A stretch of 53,234 bases of DNA from an uncultured Candidatus Saccharibacteria bacterium (lineage in GTDB: Bacteria > Patescibacteriota > Minisyncoccia > Minisyncoccales > Staskawiczbacteraceae), in NCBI GenBank assembly GCA_964366875.1, contig CAYIVF010000002.1, forward strand, positions 1 through 53,234, read 5' to 3'. Made by a program: the position numbers and the translations under genes. The first letter of the stretch is position 1. Each line of letters opens with the position of its first letter. Under the pieces are notes generated by a model, which was given only the letters and a program-made list of their open reading frames with translations, had not been told where the DNA came from and did not search any database. This document shows, piece by piece, positions 20,672 through 30,064 of this stretch.

Positions 20672-21591
20672 AAAAATATATAATAATTGGCGGCGCTGGT
20701 TTTATTGGTTCTCATTTGTCAGAAAAACTTTTAAAATTAGGCAATAAACTGGCAATAATAGATGACTTTTCCGCTAACTCCGCAGATAAAAACAGTTCGC
20801 AAATTAAAACTTATAAGGCCGATGTTGACAATTTAAACAGCATTATAGAAATTTTTAAAAAGGAAAAACCCCATATTGTTTTTCATTTAGCAGGCGCTAT
20901 AAACCTAAGGCGCAACGTGGCAGACCCTCTTTTTGCAAAAGATTTAGATATTTTGCAAAGGACTAAGAATATTTTAGATGTTTGTAAAAAAACAGAAGTT
21001 GGCAGGTTTATTTTTGTTTCCAGCGGGGGAGCGATTTATGAAAACGCCAATGTAATTCCAACTCCAGAAAATTATCCAGCAAGCCCTTCTTCTTTGTACG
21101 GACTGGCAAATTTAATAATAGAGAAATATATAGAACTTTATTGTAAAAATTATAATTTGGACTTTATTATAATCCGTTTAAGCAATGTTTATGGGCCCAG
21201 GCAATGGGAAAGCGGAATTATTCCCTCTATAATTATAAAAATTTTAAAAAAAGAAAATCCAGTTATCTATGGAAAGGGAAATCAAACGAGGGATTTTATA
21301 TATATTGATGATGCAATTGAGGCATTAATTATGCTGGCAAAGAAGAATAAAAACGGAATTTATAATGTTGGTACCTGCAAAGAGATTAGTTTAAATGAAG
21401 TTTTTAAATTAGCCAAGTTTTTTCTTGATGCTAAAATTGAGCCGATATATAAAAATTTAATGATGGCAGAAACAAAAAGAAGCGCTTTAGATATTAAAAA
21501 AATAAAAAAGGAACTCGGCTGGGAACCTAAAACCGATTTTAAAAGCGGCTTAGCAAAAACAATTAAATGGTTTGAAGAAAAAAAACCATGA
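20668..21591 (+). CDS. NAD-dependent epimerase (UDP-hexose 4-epimerase GalE-like)
   Basis: The start at MKKYIIIGGAGFIGSHL overlaps the upstream stop as ATGA. YGLANLIIE is a YxxxN/K region, and DFIYIDDAIEAL is present. Confidence 0.75.
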   Translation: MKKYIIIGGAGFIGSHLSEKLLKLGNKLAIIDDFSANSADKNSSQIKTYKADVDNLNSIIEIFKKEKPHIVFHLAGAINLRRNVADPLFAKDLDILQRTKNILDVCKKTEVGRFIFVSSGGAIYENANVIPTPENYPASPSSLYGLANLIIEKYIELYCKNYNLDFIIIRLSNVYGPRQWESGIIPSIIIKILKKENPVIYGKGNQTRDFIYIDDAIEALIMLAKKNKNGIYNVGTCKEISLNEVFKLAKFFLDAKIEPIYKNLMMAETKRSALDIKKIKKELGWEPKTDFKSGLAKTIKWFEEKKP

Positions 21592-22529
21592 AAAAATATT
21601 TAGTCACCGGAGGAGCTGGTTTTATTGGTTCTAACATAACAAAAAAACTGTTAGAAACAGGAGGGTTTGTGAGGATTGTTGATAATTTTTCTACAGGCAG
21701 AAAAGAAAATATTAAAGAGTTTATCAATAACCCTAATTTTGAATTGATAGAGGGGGACTTAATTGATTTTGCCATTGCTCGCAAGGCTGTGAAGGGAATG
21801 GATTTTGTTTCGCATCAGGCCGCTGTGTCTTCTGTTGTTTGTTCAATTGAAGATCCCTTAAAGTCCAACAATTCAAATATTACCGCTACTTTAAATTTAT
21901 TAATTTCAGCCAAAGACGAAGGTGTTAAAAAGTTTGTATATGCCTCTTCTTCTTCAATTTATGGAGATAACCCCGAGTTGCCCGAAAAAGAAAATTTTTT
22001 AATAGAGCCGATTTCTCCTTATGCCTTAACAAAATATGCCGGCGAGAGATACTCCCAACTTTTTTGGCAAATTTATAAGTTTCCTACAATTTGTTTGCGT
22101 TATTTTAATGTTTTTGGCCCAAAACAAAATCCTTTTTCTCAGTACTCAGCCGTGATTCCTAAATTTATTACAGCTTTTTTGAAAAACGAAAAACCAATAA
22201 TTTACGGCACAGGCGAACAGAGTAGAGATTTTATTTATGTGGACAATGTGATAGAAGCTAATTTATTGGCAACAGATTTAAAAAACGGCAATGGAGAGAT
22301 TTTTAATATCGCTGGCGGAAAGGAAACGAATCTTAATCAGTTAATTAATTTGTTGCAAAAAATTACCGGTAAAAATATTAGGCCGGAATATCAAAAAGAA
22401 AGGCAGGGCGATGTTTTGCGCTCTCTGGCTGATATATCTAAGGCCCAGAATGTTTTGGGTTATAATCCAAAAGTTAGTTTTGAAGATGGATTGATAAAAA
22501 CTTTAAATTGGTATGAACAAAATGGATAG
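21588..22529 (+). CDS. NAD-dependent epimerase (WbpP/TviC-like UDP-HexNAc or UDP-uronate 4-epimerase)
   Basis: VTGGAGFIGSN, SSSSIYG, YALTKYAGE, RYFNVFGPKQ and RDFIYVDNV are present, with an ATGA overlap. Confidence 0.8.
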   Translation: MKKYLVTGGAGFIGSNITKKLLETGGFVRIVDNFSTGRKENIKEFINNPNFELIEGDLIDFAIARKAVKGMDFVSHQAAVSSVVCSIEDPLKSNNSNITATLNLLISAKDEGVKKFVYASSSSIYGDNPELPEKENFLIEPISPYALTKYAGERYSQLFWQIYKFPTICLRYFNVFGPKQNPFSQYSAVIPKFITAFLKNEKPIIYGTGEQSRDFIYVDNVIEANLLATDLKNGNGEIFNIAGGKETNLNQLINLLQKITGKNIRPEYQKERQGDVLRSLADISKAQNVLGYNPKVSFEDGLIKTLNWYEQNG

Positions 22530-23688
22530 ACCCAAAATAAAAATTTGTTATGTGGCAAGCGCAGACATAACAATAAGATTTCTGTTACTGAGCCAGTTAA
22601 AATTTCTGCAAAATAATGGTTATGATATTTCAGTTATTTGTTCTTATGGAAAGTGGGTAAAAAATTTAGAAGTTCAGGGAATTAAAGTTAAGGCCATCAA
22701 AATAAAAAGAAAAATGAGCCCGTTTTTTGACCTGATTACTCTTTGGCAGTTATTTTTATACTTTAAGAAAGAAAAATTTGACATTATCAATACTTTCACC
22801 CCAAAGCCAGGATTATTAGGTCAATTAGCGGCTAAATTAGCCGGCGCACCTATTATTTTAAATACTATTTTCGGTTTTTATTTTTACGAGGGAACTCCTT
22901 ATTTGAAAAGAAAATTTTTTATTTTCATTGAAAAAATTGCTGCCAAATGCTCTGACTCGATTTTTTTTAGAAATATAGAAGATTTTAATACAGCAAAAAA
23001 AGAAAAAATTGGCAATAACGCTTTGAATAAATATGTAAGCGACGGAATCAATATCTTAAAATTTGACCCTAAAAGATTTTCCCAGGAATTTATGCAAGAA
23101 AAAAAGAAAAAACTCGGGCTTAATTTAGAATTACCCGTTATTGGAATCGTAGCCAGATTGGTTCAAGAAAAAGGGTATTTTGAGCTTTTTGAAGCATTTG
23201 AAAAAGTTCTTTTGAAGTTTCCCGATGTTTTATTATTAGCAGTTGGGCCGGCTGATAACCAAAAAAAAGACAGCATTGATATCAGCATTGTTAAGGGACT
23301 TGGCATTAAAAATAATATTATATTTTTAGGAGAGAGAACAGATGTTGATGAGATTTATGCTTTGATGGATATTTTTGTTCTGCCTTCCTGGAGAGAGGGT
23401 TTTTCACACAGCATTATGGAGGCTTCAGCTATGGCAAAACCATCGATTGCCTCGGATATTCGCGGATGCAGAGGGGCGATTGAGCCGGGCATAACGGGAC
23501 TTTTGGTTCCGCCCAAAGATTCCCCAAAATTAGCTGAAGCGATTATTTATCTTCTTTCAAATCCAGAAAAAGCAAAAGAAATGGGCAGATTAGCCAGAAA
23601 AAAAGCGGAAAGAGAGTTCGATGAGAGGCAGGTTTTTCAAAAAACAGAAGAAGAATATAAAAGACTTATCAAAGAAAAATTAAGATGA
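22513..23688 (+). CDS. glycosyltransferase, GT4 family (PglA/WbuB-like)
   Basis: VLPSWREGFSHSIMEASAMAKPSIASDIRGCRGAIEPGITGLLV is a GT4 motif. Confidence 0.8.
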   Translation: MNKMDRPKIKICYVASADITIRFLLLSQLKFLQNNGYDISVICSYGKWVKNLEVQGIKVKAIKIKRKMSPFFDLITLWQLFLYFKKEKFDIINTFTPKPGLLGQLAAKLAGAPIILNTIFGFYFYEGTPYLKRKFFIFIEKIAAKCSDSIFFRNIEDFNTAKKEKIGNNALNKYVSDGINILKFDPKRFSQEFMQEKKKKLGLNLELPVIGIVARLVQEKGYFELFEAFEKVLLKFPDVLLLAVGPADNQKKDSIDISIVKGLGIKNNIIFLGERTDVDEIYALMDIFVLPSWREGFSHSIMEASAMAKPSIASDIRGCRGAIEPGITGLLVPPKDSPKLAEAIIYLLSNPEKAKEMGRLARKKAEREFDERQVFQKTEEEYKRLIKEKLR

Positions 23689-24293
23689 TATTTCAATTAT
23701 TTTTAAAAAGAATTTTTGATTTTTTAGGCGCTTTAATAGGATTGATTCTATTGTCTCCCTTATTTTTAGTAGTTGCTGTTTTGCTTAAAATAGATTCTTC
23801 CGGCTCAGTTTTTTTTAGATATGAGAGAATAGGCAAAGATGGAAAACCCTTTTATCCATTTAAGTTTAGGACAATGACGGAAAGCGCAATAAATAAAGGA
23901 TTGGGTTATACTGTTGCCGAAAATGATGAAAGAATAACAAAGTTTGGTAAATTTCTTAGAAAGTGGGGAATAGACGAGTTCCCGCAATTAATAAATGTTT
24001 TAAGGGGAGAAATGAGTTTAGTGGGTCCGCGGCCGACTTTTCGCTACCAAGTTGAAAAGTATAATGATTTTGAGAAAAAACGGCTGCAAGTTTTGCCAGG
24101 CTTAGCGGGCTGGGCATTAATCCACGGCAGAAATTCTCTTTCGTGGAAAGAAAGAATTAAATACGATGTTTGGTATGTTGAAAACTGGTCGTTCAGACTG
24201 GATATCAAAATTATATTTAAGACATTTTATTTAATTTTTATTAAACAAGAGGGCGTTTACGGGAAAGACGGAGTAAATGACCTTTTTGGCTAA
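23685..24293 (+). CDS. small monotopic phosphoglycosyl transferase (PglC/WbaP C-terminal-type bacterial sugar transferase), priming enzyme
   Basis: The 202-aa product has one N-terminal hydrophobic helix plus KFRTM, DEFPQLINVLRGEMSLVGPRP and WYVENWSF. Confidence 0.85.
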   Translation: MIFQLFLKRIFDFLGALIGLILLSPLFLVVAVLLKIDSSGSVFFRYERIGKDGKPFYPFKFRTMTESAINKGLGYTVAENDERITKFGKFLRKWGIDEFPQLINVLRGEMSLVGPRPTFRYQVEKYNDFEKKRLQVLPGLAGWALIHGRNSLSWKERIKYDVWYVENWSFRLDIKIIFKTFYLIFIKQEGVYGKDGVNDLFG

Positions 24294-24307
24294 AAATATC
24301 AAAAATT

Positions 24308-25084
24308 ATGAAATATAAAAAATTAATAAAAGAGCACTACAAAAAAGAAGCCGGAAAAGACAAACTTTCTATGCATAGTACAATGGCCGATTTGAATACT
24401 AGAAGATTGGAAATTGAAAACATTGTTGCTTTTTTGAAAGATAATAAAAAATGTTTGGAAGTCGGCTGTGGCAATGGCAGCGCCTCCATAGAGATTTCTA
24501 AAGCCAAAAAATTGGACTTATTATGCGTGGATTTTTCTCCGGAAATGATAGCTTTGGCAAAAAAACAGCCAACGCTCGGCATTAAAGGAAAAATAAAATT
24601 TCAGGAGGAGGATGTTTTAAAGTTAAAATATGAAAACCTTTTTGATTTTATTTTTACAGAAAGATGTATAATTAATTTATTAAGTTTAGAGGATCAGAAA
24701 AAAGCGTTAAAAAATATATCAAACGCTTTGAAGGTCGGCGGAAATTTAATATTGCTTGAGGCCTTTAATGATGGTTTGGGGGAGTTAAACAGCGCTCGTA
24801 AAGATATCGGCTTAGAGCCTATTGCTCCCGCTTACCATAATTTGTATTTAGATAAAGATTTAGTTATTGAATACTTAAAAGGCCAAGATTTGAAATTTGT
24901 TAAAGAAAGTAATTTTTTAAGTTCCTACTTTTTTGGCTCAAGAGTTATCTATCCGTTTTTTGCCAAAGCGAATAAAAAAGATATAAAATATAATACAGCT
25001 TTTGCCAGATATTTTTCTTTTTTTCCTCCTTTTGGCAATTATTCCCAAATTAAAATTTTACTATTCAAAAAAGTAAAAAAATGA
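24308..25084 (+). CDS. class I SAM-dependent methyltransferase
   Basis: CLEVGCGNGSASI is motif I, and LKVGGNLILLE is present. Confidence 0.75.
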   Translation: MKYKKLIKEHYKKEAGKDKLSMHSTMADLNTRRLEIENIVAFLKDNKKCLEVGCGNGSASIEISKAKKLDLLCVDFSPEMIALAKKQPTLGIKGKIKFQEEDVLKLKYENLFDFIFTERCIINLLSLEDQKKALKNISNALKVGGNLILLEAFNDGLGELNSARKDIGLEPIAPAYHNLYLDKDLVIEYLKGQDLKFVKESNFLSSYFFGSRVIYPFFAKANKKDIKYNTAFARYFSFFPPFGNYSQIKILLFKKVKK

Positions 25085-26211
25085 GATGGAAAATACCATT
25101 ATCTGAACCCGACATTACAGCAAAAGAAATAAGAGCGGTAGGGGGAGTTTTGAAAACGCTCTATTTAAGCATGGGCTCAAAACTTGAGGAATTTGAAAAA
25201 TTGATGGCCAAATTTACAGGCGTAAAGTATTCCGTGGTTGTAAGCAGCGGAACGAGTGGTTTGCATCTTATAATAAAAGCTTTAGGCATCAGCAGGGGAG
25301 ATGAAGTTATCACAACTCCGTTCTCTTTTATTTCTTCTTCTAATTGTATTTTGTTTGAAGGGGCAAAGCCTGTTTTTGTTGATATTGATGAAAAAACTTT
25401 TAATATTGATGTTAAAAAAATAGAAGAAAAAATTACCAAAAAAACCAAAGCAATTTTAGCTGTTGATATTTTTTCCCAGCCAGCTGATTGGAATGAATTA
25501 AAAAAAATAGCAAAAAAACATAAACTTTATTTAATTGAGGATTCAGCAGAAGCATTGGGGTCAGAATATAAAGGTAAAAAGTGCGGAAGTTTTGGAGACG
25601 CTGCTATTTTTGCTTTTTATCCGAACAAACAAATTACGACCGGAGAGGGCGGCGTGATTTTAACCAATAACAAGAAAATTTATTACTTATGCCAAAGTAT
25701 GGCAAATCAGGGCAGAAAAGTTTTAAATGGAAAATGGTTAGAACACGTGAGGCTTGGTTATAACTATAGGTTAGACGAAATGAGTTGCGCTTTAGGCATA
25801 GCCCAGATGGAAAGGATAAAAGAAATTTTAAAAAAGAGGACAATGGTGGCAGAATTATATATCAAAAAATTAAAGGGAATTGAGGATTTGGATATACCTT
25901 ATATTAAGCCGGGGAATAAATTAAGCTGGTTTGTTTACGTAATAAAATTAGCAGAAAGATTAGCAGGCAAAAAAAGAGATAAAATTATAAAAGAAATGGC
26001 AAAAAGAGGAATACAATGTAGCAATTATTTTCAGACAATACACTTGCAGCCATTTTATAAAAAAGAATTTTTCTACAAGGCGGGTGACCTTCCTGTTGCA
26101 GAAAATACAAGCGAGAGAACATTAGCTTTGCCCTTTTTTAATGACTTAACGGAAAAAGAATTAGATTTTGTTGTTAAAAACTTAGAAGAAATAATTGGAA
26201 ACATTAGATGA
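25081..26211 (+). CDS. DegT/DnrJ/EryC1/StrS-family PLP aminotransferase (PglE/WecE-like sugar 4-aminotransferase)
   Basis: VVSSGTSGLHL, IEDSAEALGSEYKGK, FAFYPNKQITTGEGG (PLP-lysine region) and NYRLDEMSCALG are present. Confidence 0.85.
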   Translation: MRWKIPLSEPDITAKEIRAVGGVLKTLYLSMGSKLEEFEKLMAKFTGVKYSVVVSSGTSGLHLIIKALGISRGDEVITTPFSFISSSNCILFEGAKPVFVDIDEKTFNIDVKKIEEKITKKTKAILAVDIFSQPADWNELKKIAKKHKLYLIEDSAEALGSEYKGKKCGSFGDAAIFAFYPNKQITTGEGGVILTNNKKIYYLCQSMANQGRKVLNGKWLEHVRLGYNYRLDEMSCALGIAQMERIKEILKKRTMVAELYIKKLKGIEDLDIPYIKPGNKLSWFVYVIKLAERLAGKKRDKIIKEMAKRGIQCSNYFQTIHLQPFYKKEFFYKAGDLPVAENTSERTLALPFFNDLTEKELDFVVKNLEEIIGNIR

Positions 26212-28061
26212 ATTTTATATTCAAGAAAACAGCTTTTACAAGGACATTGTTTTTCGTGCTCTCGGATATTATTTTGATTACCATCTCGGTATGGCTGGCC
26301 TTTTTTTTACGATTTGACTTTAATATACCTTCGCAGTATGTACCTTTTATCTACAAAATGATTGGTTTAGCCATAATCTTTGTGGTCCCTGTTTTTTATT
26401 TTCAAAAACTTTATTCTTTTTCGTGGTCGTATGTAAGCACCAATGAAGTAATATCATTATTCCGGGCGACAACTATTGCCTTTGTATTTTTGACTATTAC
26501 AATTTTTATATCCTACTATTTTCCTCATTTTACTAATTTCCCCAGGTCAACTATTTTTGTAAGCTATATTTTAGTTTTTATTTTTTGCGGAGGTCTGCGT
26601 TTGGCTAAAAGGATTTATTTACGCATTTTAGGACAAAACAGGATGGCAGAAAAAGAGAAAACTTTAATCGTTGGCGCCGGAGATGCGGGCGAGCAGATTT
26701 TGAGAAGTATTATTTCATCTGATAAAACCTTATATAATCCCATTGGTTTTGTTGATGATAATCCAATAAAAAAAGGAGTTTTAATACATGGCTTAAAAGT
26801 ATTGGGAAAAATTTCAGATATTCCAGAAGTTATTTCAGAAAATGGCGTAAAACAATTAATTATTGCGCTTCCTTCGGCCGGAAACGCAACAATAAAGAAG
26901 GCGGTTGAGCTAGGAAGAAAAGCTGGATTAAAAAAAATTAAAATTGCGCCGCCCCTAAGCGAAGTTATAGACGGCAGGGTTTCTTTCAAAAATCTTAAAG
27001 ATGTTGAAGTGGAGGATTTGCTGGGCAGAGAAGAGGTTAATTTAGATACAAAACAAATTGAGACCTTTATAAAAGACAAGGTAATTTTAGTTACCGGGGC
27101 CGCAGGTTCAATTGGGTCTGAATTATCAAGGCAGACAGCAAAGTTTAGCCCAAACCTGCTTTTATTATTAGACCAAGACGAAACTGGCATTTTTAATATT
27201 TCAAAAGAATTGGAAAACAATTTTCCTGCTCTGAAAATCCAGCCGATAATTGCAGATATAAGGGATAAAGAGAAGCTCAGCGAAATTTTTAAAAAGTTTC
27301 AGCCTAAAATTGTCTTTCACGCAGCTGCATATAAGCACGTTCCTTTAATGGAAGAAAATCCTGATGAAGCTGTAAAAAACAATATATTTGGCACAGAAAA
27401 CTTGGCAAGCGCCAGTTTGAAGCAAGGTGTTGAAAATTTTATTTTTATTTCAACAGACAAAGCAGTTAATCCTACATCTGTGATGGGGGCCACTAAAAGG
27501 GTGGGTGAAATGATCTGTCAGGCATATAACCAAAGAAACCACACAAAATTTATTTCTGTAAGGTTCGGCAATGTTTTAAATAGCAGGGGAAGCGTTATTC
27601 CTATATTTCGCGAGCAAATTAAAAGGGGCGGGCCGGTGGAGGTTACCCATCGCGATATGAAGAGATATTTTATGCTGACATCAGAGGCATGTCTTTTGGT
27701 GATGCAGGCGGGCGCTATGGGCCAAGGCGGAGAAGTGTTTGTTTTAGATATGGGAAAACCAGTTAAGATTTTGGACCTGGCAAAAGAAATGATAAGATTG
27801 TCTGGGTTTGAGCTGGATAAAGACATCGCCATTGTGTTTACGGGTACGAGGCCAGGAGAAAAATTATTTGAGGAGATTTTAACGGCCGAAGAAGGTACGA
27901 TAGCCACCCATAACGAGAAGATATTTATTGCCAAATTATCCAATGCTAACGAAAGCAGGCTGAATCATGAATTAGAAAAAATAAGAGAGATGATCCGTGC
28001 TAAAAACAGGGAAGAAATCAAAAAGATATTAAAAAACATAGTCTCTTTTTGTGTGATATAA
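26208..28061 (+). CDS. membrane-anchored NDP-HexNAc 4,6-dehydratase (CapD/PglF/WbpM family)
   Basis: Four N-terminal TM segments precede two Rossmann regions (LIVGAGDAGEQI and LVTGAAGSIGSEL), followed by FISTDKAVNPTSVMGATKR and RFGNVLNSRGSV. Confidence 0.85.
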   Translation: MNFIFKKTAFTRTLFFVLSDIILITISVWLAFFLRFDFNIPSQYVPFIYKMIGLAIIFVVPVFYFQKLYSFSWSYVSTNEVISLFRATTIAFVFLTITIFISYYFPHFTNFPRSTIFVSYILVFIFCGGLRLAKRIYLRILGQNRMAEKEKTLIVGAGDAGEQILRSIISSDKTLYNPIGFVDDNPIKKGVLIHGLKVLGKISDIPEVISENGVKQLIIALPSAGNATIKKAVELGRKAGLKKIKIAPPLSEVIDGRVSFKNLKDVEVEDLLGREEVNLDTKQIETFIKDKVILVTGAAGSIGSELSRQTAKFSPNLLLLLDQDETGIFNISKELENNFPALKIQPIIADIRDKEKLSEIFKKFQPKIVFHAAAYKHVPLMEENPDEAVKNNIFGTENLASASLKQGVENFIFISTDKAVNPTSVMGATKRVGEMICQAYNQRNHTKFISVRFGNVLNSRGSVIPIFREQIKRGGPVEVTHRDMKRYFMLTSEACLLVMQAGAMGQGGEVFVLDMGKPVKILDLAKEMIRLSGFELDKDIAIVFTGTRPGEKLFEEILTAEEGTIATHNEKIFIAKLSNANESRLNHELEKIREMIRAKNREEIKKILKNIVSFCVI

Positions 28062-29785
28062 TGAACAATATGTCAGTCATGTTAAAACAAAAAATAATTC
28101 TATCAGCAGTGTTGTTTTTTTTGTTGTTTCCGTTTGCTACGATTTGCGCCCAATCTGTCGGTTTGGGCCAAAAAGCCAATTTTTTTATTGACCCAAACTA
28201 TGACTTATCGCAGCGCGATAGAATTTCGGCCATTTTGCAGAGGGCAGGCAATAACGCTTATTTTTACGTAGACGAACAATGGTGGAACTCTTTGACTCAG
28301 GAAGAAAAAGACAAAATGAATGAATCATTGAAAAATTTAGACCAAGAATTTTATTCGAAAATTTATCCGGTTTTAATATCAACCTTTGGCTTGGAATGGA
28401 GGCCGGGAATTGATAATGATACACGGATTACCATTTTGATTCATCCAATGCAGGAAGACGCCGGAGGATATTTTGCAGAAAAAGATGAGTATCCCCGTCT
28501 GGCAATTACTAATTCTAACGAAAGAGAAATGGTTTATCTTAATTCAAAATATATAGACACAGCTTATTCAAAAAGTTTTTTGGCACATGAATTCACGCAT
28601 TTGATTACCTTTAACCAAAAAGATAAAACCCGGGGGGTAAGCGAAGACGCTTGGCTCAATGAAGCCCGAGCAGAGTATGCTCCAACTTTATCCAGCTACG
28701 ATTTAACTTACGATGATAGCAATCTTCAAAGAAGAGTTAAAAAATTTTTAGAAAAGCCTGGAGATCCGCTTACTGAATGGCAAAATATTTCATCGGATTA
28801 CGGTGTTATAAATCTTTTTATACAATATTTGGTTGACCACTACGGCGTTAAAATCCTTTCTGATTCCCTGCAGTCAACAAATATTGGAATTCAAAGTTTA
28901 GATTATGCTTTAAAGAAAAATAATTTTAAAGAAGACTTTTCGCAAGTTTTCACCGATTGGACCATTGCTGTTTTGATAAACGATTGCAGCGTTGGTATTA
29001 AATACTGTTATTTAAATCAAAACTTAAAGAACCTTCGTATTGTTCCCCAAATTAATGTTTTGCCTTCGGGTGGAAGAAGCACATTGACAATTACTAACGC
29101 AACAAAAAATTGGGCAGGGAATTGGTATAAAATTATCGGCGGCAAAGGATTATTAAAATTAAAGTTTGCCGGAAATAAAAACATTTCTTTCAAAGTCCCC
29201 TATATAATTAAAAATTCAAATGGTGCTTATACTGTTGGTTTTCTCACATTAGACACATCTCATCAGGGCGAAATCCCTGTTGAAGATTTTGGAACAGAAA
29301 ACAATGCTCTTTTTTTAATCCCCACCATACAGAATAAGGACCCTGAATTTAGCAGCGAGCCCTTTTATTCTTTCAGTTGGTCGGTTTCTGTTGCAGAGAA
29401 TTCGGATAATACAGATGAGATTAATAGATTATTAGCTATAATAGACAGCCTAAAAAAACAAATTGCTGCTATTATAGCGCAAAAGAATGGCCAGAGCGGG
29501 GCGGGATCAAATTATTGCTTGCAGATAAATAGCAATCTTTCGTTTGGTATGCAGAATAGCAATGAAATAAGGTGTTTGCAGGAATTTTTGAAAAAACAAG
29601 GCGCAGATATTTATCCCGAAGGCTTTGTTACTGGAAATTTTGGCAATTTGACAAGATTGGCTGTAATAAAATTTCAAGAAAGATATGCTCCAGAAATCTT
29701 AGCACCCATAGGGCTTTCTAATGGGACGGGTTATGTGGGCGAGAGAACAAAGCAAAAAATAAACCAAATTTTAGGCGGTGGATAA
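28061..29785 (+). CDS. secreted HExxH metallopeptidase-like protein with a C-terminal peptidoglycan-binding (PG_binding_1-like) domain
   Basis: A TAATG overlap with capD favours the start at 28061. A signal-peptide-like N-terminus (KIILSAVLFFLLFPFATICAQS) is followed by AHEFTHL. The C-terminus CLQEFLKKQGADIYPEGFVTGNFGNLTRLAVIKFQERY looks like a PG-binding repeat. Confidence 0.55.
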   Translation: MNNMSVMLKQKIILSAVLFFLLFPFATICAQSVGLGQKANFFIDPNYDLSQRDRISAILQRAGNNAYFYVDEQWWNSLTQEEKDKMNESLKNLDQEFYSKIYPVLISTFGLEWRPGIDNDTRITILIHPMQEDAGGYFAEKDEYPRLAITNSNEREMVYLNSKYIDTAYSKSFLAHEFTHLITFNQKDKTRGVSEDAWLNEARAEYAPTLSSYDLTYDDSNLQRRVKKFLEKPGDPLTEWQNISSDYGVINLFIQYLVDHYGVKILSDSLQSTNIGIQSLDYALKKNNFKEDFSQVFTDWTIAVLINDCSVGIKYCYLNQNLKNLRIVPQINVLPSGGRSTLTITNATKNWAGNWYKIIGGKGLLKLKFAGNKNISFKVPYIIKNSNGAYTVGFLTLDTSHQGEIPVEDFGTENNALFLIPTIQNKDPEFSSEPFYSFSWSVSVAENSDNTDEINRLLAIIDSLKKQIAAIIAQKNGQSGAGSNYCLQINSNLSFGMQNSNEIRCLQEFLKKQGADIYPEGFVTGNFGNLTRLAVIKFQERYAPEILAPIGLSNGTGYVGERTKQKINQILGGG

Positions 29786-29791
29786 ACGAAC

Positions 29792-29820
29792 TTGACTTTG
29801 GGGCAGTAATTTGCTAATAT
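29792..29820 (+). promoter_or_regulatory. near-consensus sigma70-type promoter
   Basis: TTGACT (29792-29797), a 17-nt spacer, then TAATAT (29815-29820), 7 nt after the upstream stop codon. Confidence 0.5.
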
Positions 29821-29826
29821 ATAAGC

Positions 29827-29906
29827 GTGAGTGTAAATCCGCCTTAGGCGGACTCTGATTATAAGTCGGCACAAATCCTCTCTTAAGCGAGGATTTTTGC
29901 TTTTTT
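29827..29906 (+). ncRNA. candidate ~80-nt small RNA (promoter, hairpin and intrinsic terminator), family unknown
   Basis: The hairpin tccgcc-tta-ggcgga is followed by the terminator aaatcctc-tcttaagc-gaggattt and ttgctttttt. The terminator could instead simply end the upstream operon. Confidence 0.3.
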
Positions 29907-30026
29907 ACGTTATATTGATATAATAAAATTGGCTGCAGGCTAGCACTCACATAGACTTTTATATTGGAGTAAACTCTGCAGCCATTAAAGACCCCGTCCC
30001 TAAAAGCCGAACCTGGCGGGTTTTTT
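29897..30026 (+). promoter_or_regulatory. candidate promoter plus structured leader/attenuator upstream of murB
   Basis: TTGCTT-16 nt-TATAAT lies at 29897-29924. An 8-bp stem pairs ggctgcag (29931-38) with ctgcagcc (29976-83). An imperfect GC hairpin ends in ggcgggtttttt (30015-30026), about 40 nt before the murB ATG. Confidence 0.35.
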
Positions 30027-30064
30027 AATTTACAAAAGTTGAATTGGTTGATAGAATACAAGCA

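Noticed and set aside
26615-27220. A 201-aa minus-strand ORF. Similar long antisense ORFs occur at 2078-2506, 27518-27943, 30283-30648, 30897-31328, 51666-52031 and 52676-53089.
   Set aside because: Each lies entirely antisense to a confidently recognised gene (capD/pglF, SDR, murB, hpf, recJ-like, rnhA). Their products are low-complexity Ser/Pro/Phe/Ile-rich with no motifs, which is typical of shadow ORFs.
29827-30026. SRP RNA, tmRNA or 6S RNA identity for the candidate RNAs here and at 52042-52106 and 37251-37482.
   Set aside because: I could not find the SRP domain-IV GGAA/AGCA motifs, the tmRNA 5' GGGG...UCGACG, tRNA-like 3' end or tag ORF, or a long 6S-type closing helix. The 7-nt complementarity gtgagtg/cactcac (29829 and 29945) is within chance expectation.
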